A stretch of 63,115 bases of DNA, filler included, from Sphacelaria rigidula (lineage: Eukaryota): the NCBI GenBank assembly GCA_964200075.2. It is 7 parts of 7 records of this genome, joined end to end, with 100 filler letters (N's around TTAATTAATTAA, not from the genome) between each part and the next. Parts side by side here need not be neighbours in the genome. Positions count along the whole stretch, not along the records: positions 45,156 to 54,085 come from CAXNAA020009725.1; positions 54,186 to 63,115 come from CAXNAA020009726.1; 5 more parts are not named here. One strand, given 5' to 3'. The position numbers and the translations under genes were made by a program. Every line of letters starts with the position of its first letter. Position 1 is the stretch's first letter. The notes beneath the pieces were generated by a model. It was not told the DNA's origin. It made no database searches and saw only the letters and a program-made list of their open reading frames with translations. Positions 49,494 through 62,949 of this stretch are shown here, one piece after another.

Positions 49494-52400
49494 TTCAGAA
49501 CGCCCTATTGAGTCTCGTCGTGACTTGAGCGAAACAAAACCCCTGTTAAGCTATTTGCGTGTCTTATTGCTCTGCATGCGTCTTGGTGAACGCTGTTCTG
49601 CGAAGGCGTCATGGTTGGACGACGACGAGGAAACCTGCAAAGCTCTGGAGCAAGACATTCACGCCCTCGCGATGCTGATCTTCGTAGAGTGGCGAGCGTT
49701 CGTGTCCGCTCTGCCCGGATGTGGCGGGGTGTTGTCAAGGGAAACATCTGCATTATGGTTGGCCCAGGCAAGTCGACCACTGTTGAATTTTTTCTTGTCC
49801 TACCGATGTTGTTTTTGAAGGAAAGTGGATGCCAGGCACAGGAGACTCAAAACATGACTGTAGTTCTTTCGTACGCTAGACGCATGCAGACGTATGCTCA
49901 TCAAGGCAAAGATCAAGTGTCGGTGAGTATGCGTGCATCCGACCAGTCATGGAGGAGGAATTTCGGAGGAACCTCAAGGAACGAGGTCGATACGTCGTAG
50001 TGCTGTTGAGATTTCCATATACAGTGTGGCCTGTACTTGAACAATGTGACCTATGGACAACCAGCACGCGCTTGTGTTTGCAATTAATGCAGCATGTCTC
50101 TTATTCAACGCGCGCAGATGTCGGTATACTGAAAGCTTACAGGGGAACCGCACTGTGTTGTACAGTGCTGCTGGGTTTGAGCGTCATTGGACGTCTGTAG
50201 TGACGTGAATACTGACGTTGTCTTGATATGCACCAAAATAATTGTGTCCAAAACTTTGTTCTCACAGCTTCGACAGCGCTGGGCGTGCCAAACCACGCTC
50301 CACACCTGCGCCGCGCTGCAGACACGACCCGAAGGGATCCCTGTGCCGACGGGAAAGCCACGCGGTGAGCGATTTTGAAGCACCATGAAACCAGTCGAGA
50401 ACGCAACGGGATGCCGCCTTTTTCATTCTTGACCCCTGCTTACACGGTGCTGCCATTTCTAGCCCATGAAATTCACCAGTCAGCACATCTTCGCATGACC
50501 TTCGGAACGGCGCTACTTGCGCTTGAATAACTTGTTCACCCGCCGAGGTGCTTTGTCAAAAGGTTTGACGACAACTGTGAGAAATCTACTGCGACTAGCT
50601 GACGTGTCACTCGAGGAGCATTGCAAGAGGATTTGCGCAGTAGTATCGTTCCGGCTCTTTTTCGCCTTTTTCAGAGTCTGTCAGTCACACTCGATGGTGA
50701 TGCGTTTTCGTACTCTCGGTGATTCCAGCTGCAGGTTCGGTGCCGTTTTGTCCGACACCTCGCATGACCTATTGTGGTCGAGATCCACACGACTTATCGT
50801 TGCACCTGTGGGCTCGGTGTCATGTTTATTAGTACCTCGCAGGCGTATCGTATTCGATATCCTTACGATTGATTCACACACGAGCTGATGGTGATCCCTG
50901 TCAGAGGTCAGGACTCAGCAGTTTCTCTCTTCATGCCAAAGGTGTTGAAGCTGCTGTGCTGACATGCGCGCTGAGCCTGGCACACGGCAAAGGAGTCGTC
51001 ATGCACAGCCCCTTGCATCCCGCTCGCGCGCATGCTTGTTGTTGTATCCACACGCGGATCATAGTAACTCACTACTGACTACGCAGTGCTGTAACTTGTA
51101 AGTTAGTCAAGGGTTTTTTATGCAGCGTATCGTGAGCAAAAAAAGCTACGTTGGGTGTAAAGAGGCTTTTGTTGTTTGTAAACATATCACCGAAGCATAC
51201 CGGCGAGCTTACACCGATAGCAGCGTAGTTTGAGTGCATTCTGATAGCGTGTGTCGCTCATGCGGCAGCCTGTGCCTTCGCGTTTGACATTTTCGTGTAT
51301 GGGTGCTTAGGAGTTGTGGCGGTTAGTAAAGCCACTCCACTTCACCGTTTGTCATTCTGTGGACTGTTTTGATTTTTATCAACACATCCAGTCTTTCTTG
51401 GTGACGAGGACGCTGAGGAAGTTTGGGCTCTATTTTTCTAACCATGGATATATCCATGTCATTATTGTGAGGGCCATAATGCTTGCCGAACCCGTTGTGA
51501 TGGGCTGTGAACAGCCGCCGTAGGACGTATTCATATCCCTCACTATTTCTGCCCAAGTAATTTACTGAACCTCCACCCACCTCTATTTGCTCCCTGTTTT
51601 GCTGTGACAGTCCATGCTTCCGCGTTGCGCGCCGCCCGCTTCTCGCGGTTAGAGGCGGATATCTTAACGGACGGTTTCGGAATCGCGGTCCGAATGGCGT
51701 GTGTGGATGCATCGGCCCCCTACAAACTTCCGCTTCAAGATCAACACATGCTTCCCGAACCAGAGACGTTGCTGCCTGTCTGTCTCGTTCAGCGGTTCAG
51801 CACTCCGCCAGAGTTGACACAAGAGAAGGTTGCGGCTGCGGCATTAACAGCAGCGATGGCAGGGCAGGGTGTTGGTCGAACCGGGCGGATCTTCGACGCT
51901 CGCGCCTCGAGTCTACCAGGGCTGGGCGCTACCGGAGACGGACAGATTTCCCCTCCGATTTCCCCTGTGTTGGTATCCGCATTCGACAAGAATTCAGCGC
52001 AGTCTGAGTCGTTGTCGAAGTCAAACAGCCCACAGAGGGTTTCGGCGGCAGGGTCGCAAGATTCGGTTGAGCCCAAGCCATTTCTCTGTGCCCATCCTGC
52101 TTCGGGTGCCAGCGGTGGCAGCAGCGGTGACGCTGTTTCTCCTTCGCCGCAGTATGAAAAAAATGATACGCCCGTGCGGGCACTGGAGAGGATTGCGCAG
52201 ACTTTCGGACCCCAGACCATGGCTCTGGCGAAGTCGAGCGGTGATTCGTCGCCGGATTCGTCCATGGCGTCGTCGCCGACGACGCAGACGAGCATCAGCT
52301 TGACGCCCACCCCGCGAGGAAGGTCTTCGCATCTGATGACGGACCGAGGAGGACCGGACCAAGAATCGATCCGGAATCGATCTGAGGAACAAGGAGCCGT

Positions 52401-53533
52401 CCCTGGATCGCACCTTTTCCCCCCGGAATCCCCGGTGGGAGGGCAACAATCAATCGCCGACGGTGGCAGGGATGGTGGCCGCACTGCATGGAAAAGCAAC
52501 ACGTGGCCGTCGTCCATGTGGAATGGATATCCCCCATCGACCCCACCGTCGTCGGGGCGCGCGCGGTTCAAGAACAGTAGAAGCTTGAGCCCGTTCTTCG
52601 GCAACAGGACCATGGTGTTTTTGTCGCCGATTTCACAGAGAAGAGCGCGTGCGCAGTGGGGGGCAGCCACTCCGGGACGAAGTAGGTCGTCAGCCACGTC
52701 GGCAGGCAGCGGGGTTGGGGACACCGTGAGCAGCGGAGAGCGGGGACTATCCAAGCGTGAGGGGAAGACCCGTTTGTTGAGGAAGGTGTCGCGGTCGGTT
52801 GTAGCGGCACGTAGTCACGGACGAACGTCAAGCGAGGGTCGTATGCGGATGGCTGGGGTTATTCATGACGGAACCGCGTTTGCTCCTTCGGCGCTGCAGG
52901 TGCAGGAGTCGCCGATTGTTGTTCCCGGGGCTCGGCGGCGGCCACCGCCTCCGCCGCCCGTGGCGCCTCCAACCGACAGTGGTGTGATTGATCTCGGTGG
53001 GATGACTCTTTCTCCGCCACCCCCGCGGATGCTTCCGCTAGCAAATGCCTTCGCGGCAGCCTCTTCCAAACAGCCTACACCCAAAACTGGAGGAGATGCA
53101 ACAACAGTGAAATACACATCGATGCCGTCGCCACCGCCGCCACCGCCCCCGCCGGCGGTACAGGGGTCATCGCCGATGCAAGGGGCATCACCACGACCCG
53201 TAGGCATCACGAGACGGCGGTCGATGTCCAACTCACCTCGGCGACCCCCGCCGAAGCAAATGACATGTGGGACAGCTAGTGCGGAAAAAAATGTTGGTGG
53301 AAAGGAGAGATCTGGTCCCGTTATTGGGGGACCAATACCCGGAACGGTCTCAGGACCTGTTCCTGATGGCGCGTCGGGTCGATCGGGTGGCATCAGTGGA
53401 CCGAGAAGTGCTGTCGAGTCTTGGAGGACTGAACCGAGACACTCAAAGTCGGGGAGAAGCCCGTCTTTGCTGGATGGCGTGGAGCAATCCAGCGATCTAG
53501 GAGCGTTTTTCCGGCGAGGAGAAAGTAGCCAAC
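49494..53533 (+). CDS. Partial FAM135/ZW18 (DUF3657)-like gene with a large Ser/Pro-rich exon
   Basis: Exons ~49494-49767 (GC donor), 50268-50364 and 51612-53533 join in frame. EWRAFVS...ALWLAQLRQRW and LQDQHMLPEPETLLPVCLVQRF resemble the W..F....W...R..W and IQDMHI..DP..VPI...ER motifs of ZW18/FAM135 proteins (judged from memory). Perfect GTGAGT donor at 53534, just before the 53553 stop. Confidence 0.55.
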
Positions 53534-53553
53534 GTGAGTCGCTATCCTTCTAG
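51612..53553 (+). CDS. Long open exon (~640 codons), low-complexity Ser/Gly/Pro-rich
   Basis: 649-aa ORF; acceptor tttgctgtgacag ending at 51611; poly-Pro tracts. Confidence 0.8.
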
Positions 53554-53980
53554 AAAGTTGTATTGTCCTCATTTTTGATGGGAGGACAGGATGGTGCAGA
53601 GTGCTACGTTCGATGAGTCGATGTTTCACTTTGAGCAACGCCGATATTCATGACACGATGCAAGCCCCATACGCGATGCTCGTATTTAGACAGAATTAAT
53701 TCACGATCTAGTCCTCCTCTGAGGCAATGTTCCCGGCGCGCACCGGTCAGCCATGAAATGGGACCTCGACTACGTAGTAGAGAACGGGGATTATAGCATA
53801 CTGCGAATTTCTCACGGCGCATCTCCTCCTACATTTCATTTGTATATCCGCTTAAATTACAGTGCCTGCCGAAACCTCCCCACTTGTCTGTTATTACATA
53901 GTGTCAGCAGCTGCATAACACTAGGTCGTTTCTGACTGAGCCGCACCAGTGGTTGAATTAAGATATCACCTTTTGAAAAG

Positions 53981-54022
<42 letters not shown>

Positions 54023-54085
54023 GCCGCCCGGGCTTTTTCCCCGCCCCCCCACAACCCCCCCACCCCCCGCCGCACCCTCCCCCCC

Positions 54086-54185
54086 NNNNNNNNNNNNNNN
54101 NNNNNNNNNNNNNNNNNNNNNNNNNNNNNTTAATTAATTAANNNNNNNNNNNNNNNNNNNNNNNNNNNNNNNNNNNNNNNNNNNN
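54086..54185. other. Artificial contig linker
   Basis: N44-TTAATTAATTAA-N44. Confidence 0.97.
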
Positions 54186-54422
54186 TCCACATACACCGAA
54201 AGGTGTAGACTGGTGCCCAGAATAAATGGGACGACAACACACAACAACACACACTGTTCCATCTCGATTTTTCCTTCACTTTCCTTCAGTGAGTTTTTGT
54301 TATGTTTTATCTGTGGTACGTCGATCATGTGACCACGAACAGGGTATCCTATAGCGTGGCAACGAGTTCTTGACGGGAACGACGGAAACAAATCAGCGAT
54401 AACCTTCGGAAAAAATGTTGAA

Positions 54423-54671
54423 GCCCGATGCTACGGTAGGGGTGCACAAATTTGTTCCGAAGTCAGAAATGTTAAGAGCCCCCTTCATCTCATCCAAAAC
54501 ACGACTTCTGAAATATGTGAGGATACGACAGGATTACTGTTTCAATGTTAAAGGGATATCCTGAATGAATTTGCGAACGGGGATGCCCTGATCCATTTTC
54601 TTGTGCATCTTGTGCATCTAGAACCAGACAAGATTTTGCGCAAAAAGTGCCCCCCTACCGTAGCACTGCTC
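54423..54671. mobile_element. Sola2-like MITE, 249 bp, 4-bp TSD TGAA
   Basis: TGAA|GCCCGATGCTACGGTAGGGGTGCA...CCCCTACCGTAGCACTGCTC|TGAA; same family as 26016-26980. Confidence 0.75.
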
Positions 54672-54919
54672 TGAACACATTGAAATGAGCTTGAACCAAA
54701 AAGTGCTCTCCTTGACCTAAAACGTCATGACAAATGACTTTCATATGGACGACCCCATGCCCCGCGTTCTCCCTGAAACAATTTTGGGGGTTTCCCGCTT
54801 CCTTTTCCCCTAAAGGGTATGTCCGAAGTACCTTTTTGCCTCTATTTCGGGGTGAAAAAAAGTACGTTTTTTGCCTCAAGATGGTGCTTTCGCACGTAGC
54901 AGCCGATCATCGAAATTTA

Positions 54920-55538
54920 TGATGAGAACCCGGAGGATTGAGATCGTCGTATCCACACCAAATCTTCGAAATATGGTTCCATTCCTTCACCTATTATTGG
55001 TAGCTATTGACAACTGCTACACGCCCTACAAATTTGGATTTCGATAACCGAAGCATTGGGGTCCTAGGACCAATGCCGAGACAGCCCCCCCACAAAAAGT
55101 GCACGGGAGACCGTACGACAAACCGGCTGCGATCCAACTATTGGGCTCGTTTGCAGCGATTCCGCCCACATGACCGGGTTGTAGCAGTCCGAAATCAGCT
55201 ATACGCCCAAATGAGTCGCGTCTTGAAGCACGAAACCAGCTGTAACAGCATTTACGATCATCGCCTCCGTGGACTTTTTCGGCCGGTTCGGGGGGGGGCT
55301 ATCTCGGCAGCAGTCCCTACATGAACCAATTTTGGGGAATTCAGGTGATCCGATCGGATCGCCGAAATTCTCCGAAATTGGTTTTTCACCTAGGACCCCA
55401 ACATTTCGGTTATCGAAATCCAAATTTGTATGACGTGTAGTACTTACTTATCAATAGCTGTCAATAGGTGGAGGAATGGAACCGTATTCCGAAGATCTGG
55501 TGTGGATACAAATATTTTAATCCTCCGGGTTCTCATCC
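54920..55538. mobile_element. MITE with ~150-bp TIRs, TTTA/TTAA flanks (Kolobok-like?)
   Basis: GATGAGAACCCGGAGGATT...GGGGTCCTAGG mirrored by CCTAGGACCCC...AATCCTCCGGGTTCTCATC. Confidence 0.75.
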
Positions 55539-57278
55539 TTAATGAAAAGCTCCATCCTCAATCTCGATGATCTGCTGTTACACACTCTTTAGGGGAATGG
55601 AAGACCGAATACCCTCGAAAATAGTATCAGGGACATCGGGGAGCATGAGATCGTCCATGTGTGGGAAGTCCTTCGCCATGACTTTAGGTCATGGGAAGCA
55701 TTATTGTTTTGGATTTGAATTAAATGTGATCAGTTTAGTGTTACGCGAAACTGTGCAAAATGGTGCCCCTCTTAAGGCACCGAAACTCGAGTCTCTCAAA
55801 GGGTTGAAGAGTCATCGCGAAAATGATATGCGGGTCGTTTGTCTCCGGACTAAAGCGTGTCGATTTGCGTGTATGAAGCCAAGCATGGCACGTTAGCACA
55901 CCTCTGTTGAGAAATGTTATCTGCACCCCATATCTCGTCTACCGTAGCCGGGCTAGAAATGGATTTAAGCTTGGTAGTATGTTTCCCGTCTCAGGTTTGA
56001 GAGTTGTGCTTTGACGTTTGGTGGGGATTATCGCAGGCAGGAAAAAAGAAAAAAACATGCAGTTTTTCAATAATTCTGTTTTTCATGATGAGTTGGGGGC
56101 AAAAAGCAGAAGCCAATTTTCACTCAAACATCTTTAAGTGACGAAAAAAAACACTGTACCGCATGCATCACGGCCAAGTTCACCTGCGTCGATGAGATAT
56201 GGTTGTGACAGCTCAAGCCTGTGACTAGGTTGGCCCAGCTCGAACGCGAATGCCAACAGTAGACGTTTTAATAGTAGTAATGATGGTTCCACTTGCATAA
56301 ATTCGTTTTTCGCAAGCTGGAAGGGGGATACGGGGGGAGAAAGGCGGTGAGCGGAAGAATGACTGTGACAACATGATGGACTTCAAGGAGGGGAGGTGGC
56401 GAACGACTTTCAACTCACGATTGTAACGGTATTGGTCAAAGCATCTCCACAACTTGTTCAACGCGCCTCCCCGACGTGCTGATGACGTGTGGGACCAACC
56501 ACAACAGTTGGGATCTCACCCCAGTGCGGTCAACATTGCCCATCACAAGTCCGATCCGCTATATCGATTTTAAGTAATCGCCGCTACCGTCATTATTATT
56601 TCCGCACATTAGCCCGATCTCTCGAGCCCGTAGTCACAGACTCACGTATAACAGTAGAATGCGGGGTTCTGGCAGAGTGTGGTCGCGCCGGGATGGAGAG
56701 TCCCCGCACTATGCTGGGACCCCCGCTGTAACCGTGCTCTAGCCATCCAGGCATCAATTCCCCTAATATGCCCGCTTTGGTTCATCATTCGCAGTCACAT
56801 CCAGCCGTGGTTCAGTCCCTTGGGCACTGAACCCTCTCGAACAGACACAAAGTGGACCAACAGCAACTTCACTCGTATACGCGTGAAACGACTGCGTGAT
56901 CCAACACTCGTATTACTGAGGATTCAGAGACTACGGAATACACCGTATGTGGTTCCTGGGATTGGTGCTTGCAAAAGGAGAGGAGCTCAGGGCTACCAAC
57001 GCTGAAAATCAGCCCGTGGCGTTGATCCGAAGAGGCATCTCGCGCCTGAGGGGTTGACAATGCCTCGGTAAAACAAGCGACACGACTACTCGTGCAGAGA
57101 AGATCCTGCACTATGCTGTTGAGCGTGTGAGGCATTCATGTCAGATATGCTATACAAGAGTATGAGTATAAACAGTCGTGGTGACTTGTTGCCGCCCCCC
57201 TCTGCGTGCAAGCGTACCGTACTGCCTCGGGTAAGGCCAAAATACTATTCGACAGAGAACACCATGTGATCCGTGACT

Positions 57279-57568
57279 AACAAGGTTTTCGTGAGATTGA
57301 CAGTTGGGTGCGGATTGAGAGTGGCTTTGATCATNNNNNNNNNNATTCGCTTGAACTTGGTCAATTTTTCATTCTGTGTGTGCTTTTCGTCGTCTCATCA
57401 CTGCCATGTGCTTACTGCTACACGTTGATATCCTACTCAGGGGTTTCGAGGGCCTCATTGGCAAGCTACTACAGAGATAATATTGGGCCTGGTGGAGGTA
57501 TTTCGGAACTAAAACGGCTTCTTCACTAATTGACCGCTCTTCACTCTCAATTTCACGAAAACCTTGTT
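57279..57568. mobile_element. AACA-TIR MITE with perfect 4-bp TSD GACT
   Basis: GACT|AACAAGGTTTTCGTGAGATTGA...TCAATTTCACGAAAACCTTGTT|GACT. Confidence 0.85.
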
Positions 57569-60500
57569 GACTGTCGAACATCAATTTTATTTTGTATTTT
57601 TATTAATTTCTCGCACTGTGAACCCCTTCCCTCTCTCGGGACGACGAGTCTGTGGTCTCAAGGCATCAACCCATCTCTCCCCCGATACGCGCCTTGCATG
57701 TTGGTCTCGCGGGTTGGGTCATGACTATCAGCAATCCCGCACCGCGTCAACTCATGTCAAACAAACTCAATCACCTACTTTGTTTACTGACGTTCTCATG
57801 CCTCCCACGGTGGCACTCAGATACTACGAAGAAAAAACCCAACGCGTCGGGAATCAAGCCCTCGTTCTCTCCACCATGATGGCGACAGTCGGACCATTAC
57901 TCCACCGGGGCACGGCGGCAACATCGCACTACTGGCACCTATGCTGCATTTCAAATACGACAAAATCCAGCAACGCTCCCCAACCTACGATTCGATTGTT
58001 CAAATGTAGTTGCCCCAACCACATACTCACAGAAATGCCCTAAAGCATACACTACTCTCAAACTGCACCAGTCCTCGTGGACGTATATGAAACCGACTGT
58101 TCAACCTACTGTGAACAGTTACCCCCGTTGTACTGCGGCAGTGCCCTCCAAAGCCACAGATTGCGTTGCGGCTTTGCACTTCCGGATTTTCCCTCACGAC
58201 TTGGGACCACTTGTTCGTCCCTACACCTAGACTATTTCTCGAACGCTTTGATCAACCTCTCCAGTCTTGTTAGAACTCAACAAACCTGCCTAGGAAAATT
58301 ATTTGTACCGTTTTCAATCGTGTGCTACGCATATTCTACCAGTCACCTCAACGCATGATTACCATAAATGATTCAACAGAGACGGACCGAACAATCATGC
58401 AAAAGGGTGGCTTCGTACCCTTCACCGCAACCGTAGAAAAGGCAACTGGGTACACCGGGGGAAGCTTCATCCACTCGCATGGTTCAATGGACAAGTGAGT
58501 GCCACCATCGGCCACTTGAACATGACCCGCAAGACCGCTATCCCTGGGTCACTCGGATACGACGACGCTTGGAGACCAAGACTGGAGTATGAACTACGTT
58601 GCCGGCGGTGTCAACACAAGAACGAAAAAGTAACAAGCAGGGAATAGACGCAACCAAAAAGGCAAACACAAGTTGAGCAGCGACAGTGTATTCTCTGGGT
58701 GTCTCTACATGAAGCAGGCCACAATCCAGTGGAGTCTGACACATGACTGGAAGGGTGTCACAACCAGCAAAGAGCCTTGACCGCCACCTACTATTAATAT
58801 AGAAACAAATCAAAGGAAGAGGAAGCGAACCGTGGACAGCAACGCACAAGACACAAAACAATCACTCGTGACGCACGCAACTAACTGCCCGACTGTAAAT
58901 TGGACAGCCGAGAAATGCATCCCTGCCAACTTACACCTACACCACAACAGCTGTTGGTGGAACACGCCAAACGGGCCGCGTATCCAAACCCTGGCATTCG
59001 TTCGTGCCCACTTCCTACAACAGCAGTTTCCTATGCGTATCCAACTAAGCACGCCGACGTGACACATAAATTGGGATCACAAACAGTGCAGCTTGCGCGG
59101 CTTGCAGACCCACGGATCTCCGGGAGAAAAGAAGAACCTTCGACAGAAACAACACAACATAGGCCCTTGCAAGAACACGATCGAAATTCGACCCGGTCAC
59201 GAGTGCCTCCGCTTCCGTGCGAAAAGAGTCAGCGTCCTCACTGTCCCCAAACTAGCAGCGACAAGGCAACACAAATCCTAAATCGTCACATGTACTAAAA
59301 CGTGAGGTGCGCCGACATCGACTGAAGTTTGCGCGTGCAGCCCCGACGCGAAATGCCCATTAATCTTCTGTGCCATTCGCCATTCCTGTCCACAGTCATC
59401 CTCACTACCTGCATAGATATGGTTTCCAAGGATGCCCCGCTCCCCGCGTCCTCCTCTACTAGCTGCTAGCGAGTTAACTGCACAATCGCATTGCTCAGAG
59501 CGAAGGTGGACAATCACATTCTACGATCTTCTATTTTGCCACAGAAAAAACGCATCCCGGACCGCACGCCATGACTGCACAACACAGTCGTGAAACGTAG
59601 GTCAACGCGGAAGGCACCGGCGGACGTGCGTATGTGATAGATACCCTGTCACTACACCTTGAACTTTTTTTCACTCCAATAGTCGGCGACAACACATGAC
59701 TACCGAGTTAACGCAATCTCAAACGCGCTAACCTGCTGGAGCGCAAAGCGAAATGGCGAATCAGTACACCGAAGAAGCGCCCGCACATGAGAGAATTCAA
59801 GGCTCTCATGTTGGCGAAAAAAAGCTCCACCACAGTCAACGGGCCACCAATGCTGAAGCCCGGGGCAATGCCGGCGATCCACAACAGTGCACCTCATCTG
59901 CGGTCCACTGTCTTCTCAAAAAACAGTTTAGTCCAAGTTGAGCCTTTTTTTTATATTCTCACTGGATGAAGACCGCTGTCTTTCGAACCACAGACGCACA
60001 AGCGGCGATCAGGAGCGCGACCTGAGGATCTACTAATGTTGAAGTCCGACACAACGCAGCCAATCGACAATTGTAAGAGACCCGATGTACAAGTTCGTCG
60101 ATCGCACGGCCATGGACGCCATGCTGCTCATGTGCGGCTTGGTCGCCAACATCGTGTCGAACAATCTTTGCTCCACCGCCCCTGCGATGAACTGTTCCAA
60201 AATACACAAACAAGAAGCAAGGCAAAGGGAGAGATTAAATGCGGGACATGTGCTAGAACTTTCACGCGTCGGACAGATCATGACCCGTCTTAAAATCACT
60301 TCCCCTCAGTATACTGACCCGGATGATGACCTGCATCATTTGGCCCCTCTTTTCCATGTTTGCTTCCTACGGCGCCGGGCGGCGAGCACGCCGTGTAGCA
60401 CAAAGGTTGCGCTTTGGCTTTTCTGACTGCGCGGTCACGCATCTTGTGTTTTTGGACCATCGTATCCAAGGGTAACCTTTGAAAAGCTTTTTCAGACAGA

Positions 60501-60761
60501 TCATGATCTGTCCGACGTGTGAAAACTTTCGATGAATGCATCGTTGTCGAGTAACTCTTGATCCACCTATTAATAGAACCTCCTACAGTAGTGTTACTGT
60601 TCATCAAAAGACAAAATAATAAATACGAGTCGGCGTCAACAGAAAGGAGGACCCCGACAGAAGACAAGGACATCATATGTCTTGCTTTGTGCTCTTCTCT
60701 TCTCCTCTGAACACGTCCGTGAACGCAGTGCCTCATACCCGCGGGCGGATGATAATCGGGT

Positions 60762-60861
60762 GGGGGGCACTCATGATCGCGCATACCGTAGTCACATGAG
60801 CGTTGCTTTCGCATCTAAAAAGTCGGGACGGAGCACGCTGGGTTTCCGTCGGACCAGGCTC
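60762..60861 (+). repeat. Diverged GTACTCAT element
   Basis: GGGGGCACTCATGATC...CGGGACGGAGCACG...GGACCAGGCTC. Confidence 0.65.
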
Positions 60862-61999
60862 GCCATCAACAACCAAGAAGCTAGTCGTGAGCAGCACTTC
60901 CACTGCCCCCATGTGGTGGAGGGCACTGAAGGCCCATGAGTCAAGTGTATGTACACCCTGTGCTACCATCTCCATGCTCTTCTTTCGTGTCACGAACCCA
61001 GTAACATCGTATTCGATTACCCTCGCTTGCCTCTAGGCAGCTGCAGTCGTTTAACTTCACCGAGACAAACCATGAGGAAAAAAGACGAGTGTGTCAACAC
61101 AATGTTGCTTGAAAAGAAAGTAAGAGGAGGAGGCGTCGGCGAGGGGGTGTTACCGTGATACACTCTAAATCAACCCCGTCACCGCCCAGCCTCGTACATG
61201 CTGGATTGCCATTATTTTTACTTCAAAAATGAGTAACAGACACAGGTGAGCACTGCAGATATATTCGTCTTTCGACTCGGTCCCTGTGCGATAGGTAACC
61301 CTCAACGTACGTCCACCACCCACCGTACTGTACCATACTGTACCGCAAATATAGTACAGTAGTACAGTGCAGTACAGTATACAGGTGCGGGGCGAATCCC
61401 ACGACACAGGGTGCTTCGCGGTTTTGACCCCAAATTCAAAACTCACTCACCAGCGAATGCCTTTTCGCGATATCTAGACAATAGTCGTATACTCGAAGTA
61501 TTTTGTATCATACTGATCGCCATGGGCAACCCAAAAGGGTCGACATAACCAGGTTTGTTTTCCAAGGTCATGGCAGGGGCGTTAACGACGAAAAAGGCAA
61601 CTCGGCCAATCAGCGGCTTTTCAATTGTTCTGAAATGAAAAAATACGAGTTCCCGGCACGATGACTAGATCGTTATATCAACAGGTTAATTAGGCACCCC
61701 CGAGCACATGACGGTTGCCCAGATATGCCCCAAGGCGTGTACTGCGCAGAGATGAGTTTGATCCCTTGACACCACGGACTCGTCCCAAAGAGGGGGATAT
61801 GTTTAAAGCGCGACAGAGTAATCAGTAACAAAATAGTAACCCCAGTAGGGTGGCAACACTCGAGGCATTGCTGATTGATTGATTGATTGATTGATTGATG
61901 GTCACACACCAAGTGGAGCACGAGGAATTCAGCGGTAGTCATAATCTACGAGGAAGACGTACGTACCCGAGGTAAATGAACAAAGAAATAGTCGCCATA

Positions 62000-62949
62000 C
62001 AGGCTGGCCCGCTAAAGATTCGAACAGGAATTTTGACACGCGAGTCTCACGCTCAATTTTGGATCGTTTTCGATGAAATTTTGACACGATGTACAGGACG
62101 AACATGCAAAGACCCCGAAAATCCCTCCCGTGCTTTTTCCCTTCTTCGTGAGTTATTGGCAATTTAGATTTTTTTTAATTGTTCTGAATTGTTCCGTCGC
62201 CGATAACTCACGAAGAAAAAAAGCACAAGACGAGGGGGAACTTTCGGGGTCTTTGCATGTAGGTCCTGTACATCGTGTCAATTTTTCTTTGTCAAAATTG
62301 AGCGAAGAATACGCGTCTTTGCGTCGACAACCGGTTACTATGGTGTATGGATGTGGACCAGTTACGAATAGTTCAAACGCATTTATGCTGTTCAATTTCA
62401 AGCTGTTTTCGATGAAATTTTGATACGATGTACAGCACGTATGTGCGAATACCGAACCTTTCCTCACATGTGTTTTTTCTTCGTGAGTTATTGGTAATTT
62501 GCTCTGGGAAACTGTTCTGGAATGTTCCGTCACCAATAACTCACGAAGAAGAAAGAAAACGCGGGAGGAACGAAGGGGTGTTTGCACATACGTCCTGTAC
62601 GCCATGTCAACATTTCATCGAAAATGACCAAATATTGAGCTCAGGAATTATGCCACAGCTTGTGCGGCACCACGCGGCACAAAACTGACTATAACCGAAA
62701 ATCCACTCTCAGTCATTTTCTTTTGACTAATTCCGCCGCACATAGTAACCTCAACTCTATACACTTTCGCACTTGACTACAGTTTGATATTTCGTTTGAT
62801 GAGGCCTCGCCGGATCGCAGTGCTACATGGATTTGAAGACGCGCGCTGATTTGCCGATTACCACGATGTGTCATCGTAGGCACAACTCGCGATATATCGT
62901 CAGTTAGAATGGGCTGAAGGAAAGTGAGCTCCTGAGGCGGCCCAGCCTG
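62000..62949. mobile_element. Composite Tc1/mariner-type element (TA TSD) with two fold-back modules; family of 36871-37228
   Basis: TA|CAGGCTGG...CCAGCCTG|TA; internal CGATGAAATTTTGA(C/T)ACGATGTACAG and CTTCGTGAGTTATTGG hairpin modules occur twice. Confidence 0.75.

Noticed and set aside
51789-52754. 321-aa antisense ORF
   Set aside because: Antisense shadow of the GC-rich low-complexity exon.
57800-60700. Protein-coding gene or retroelement in contig 7
   Set aside because: Only short ORFs with no recognisable RT, integrase or transposase motifs and no consistent exon chain.
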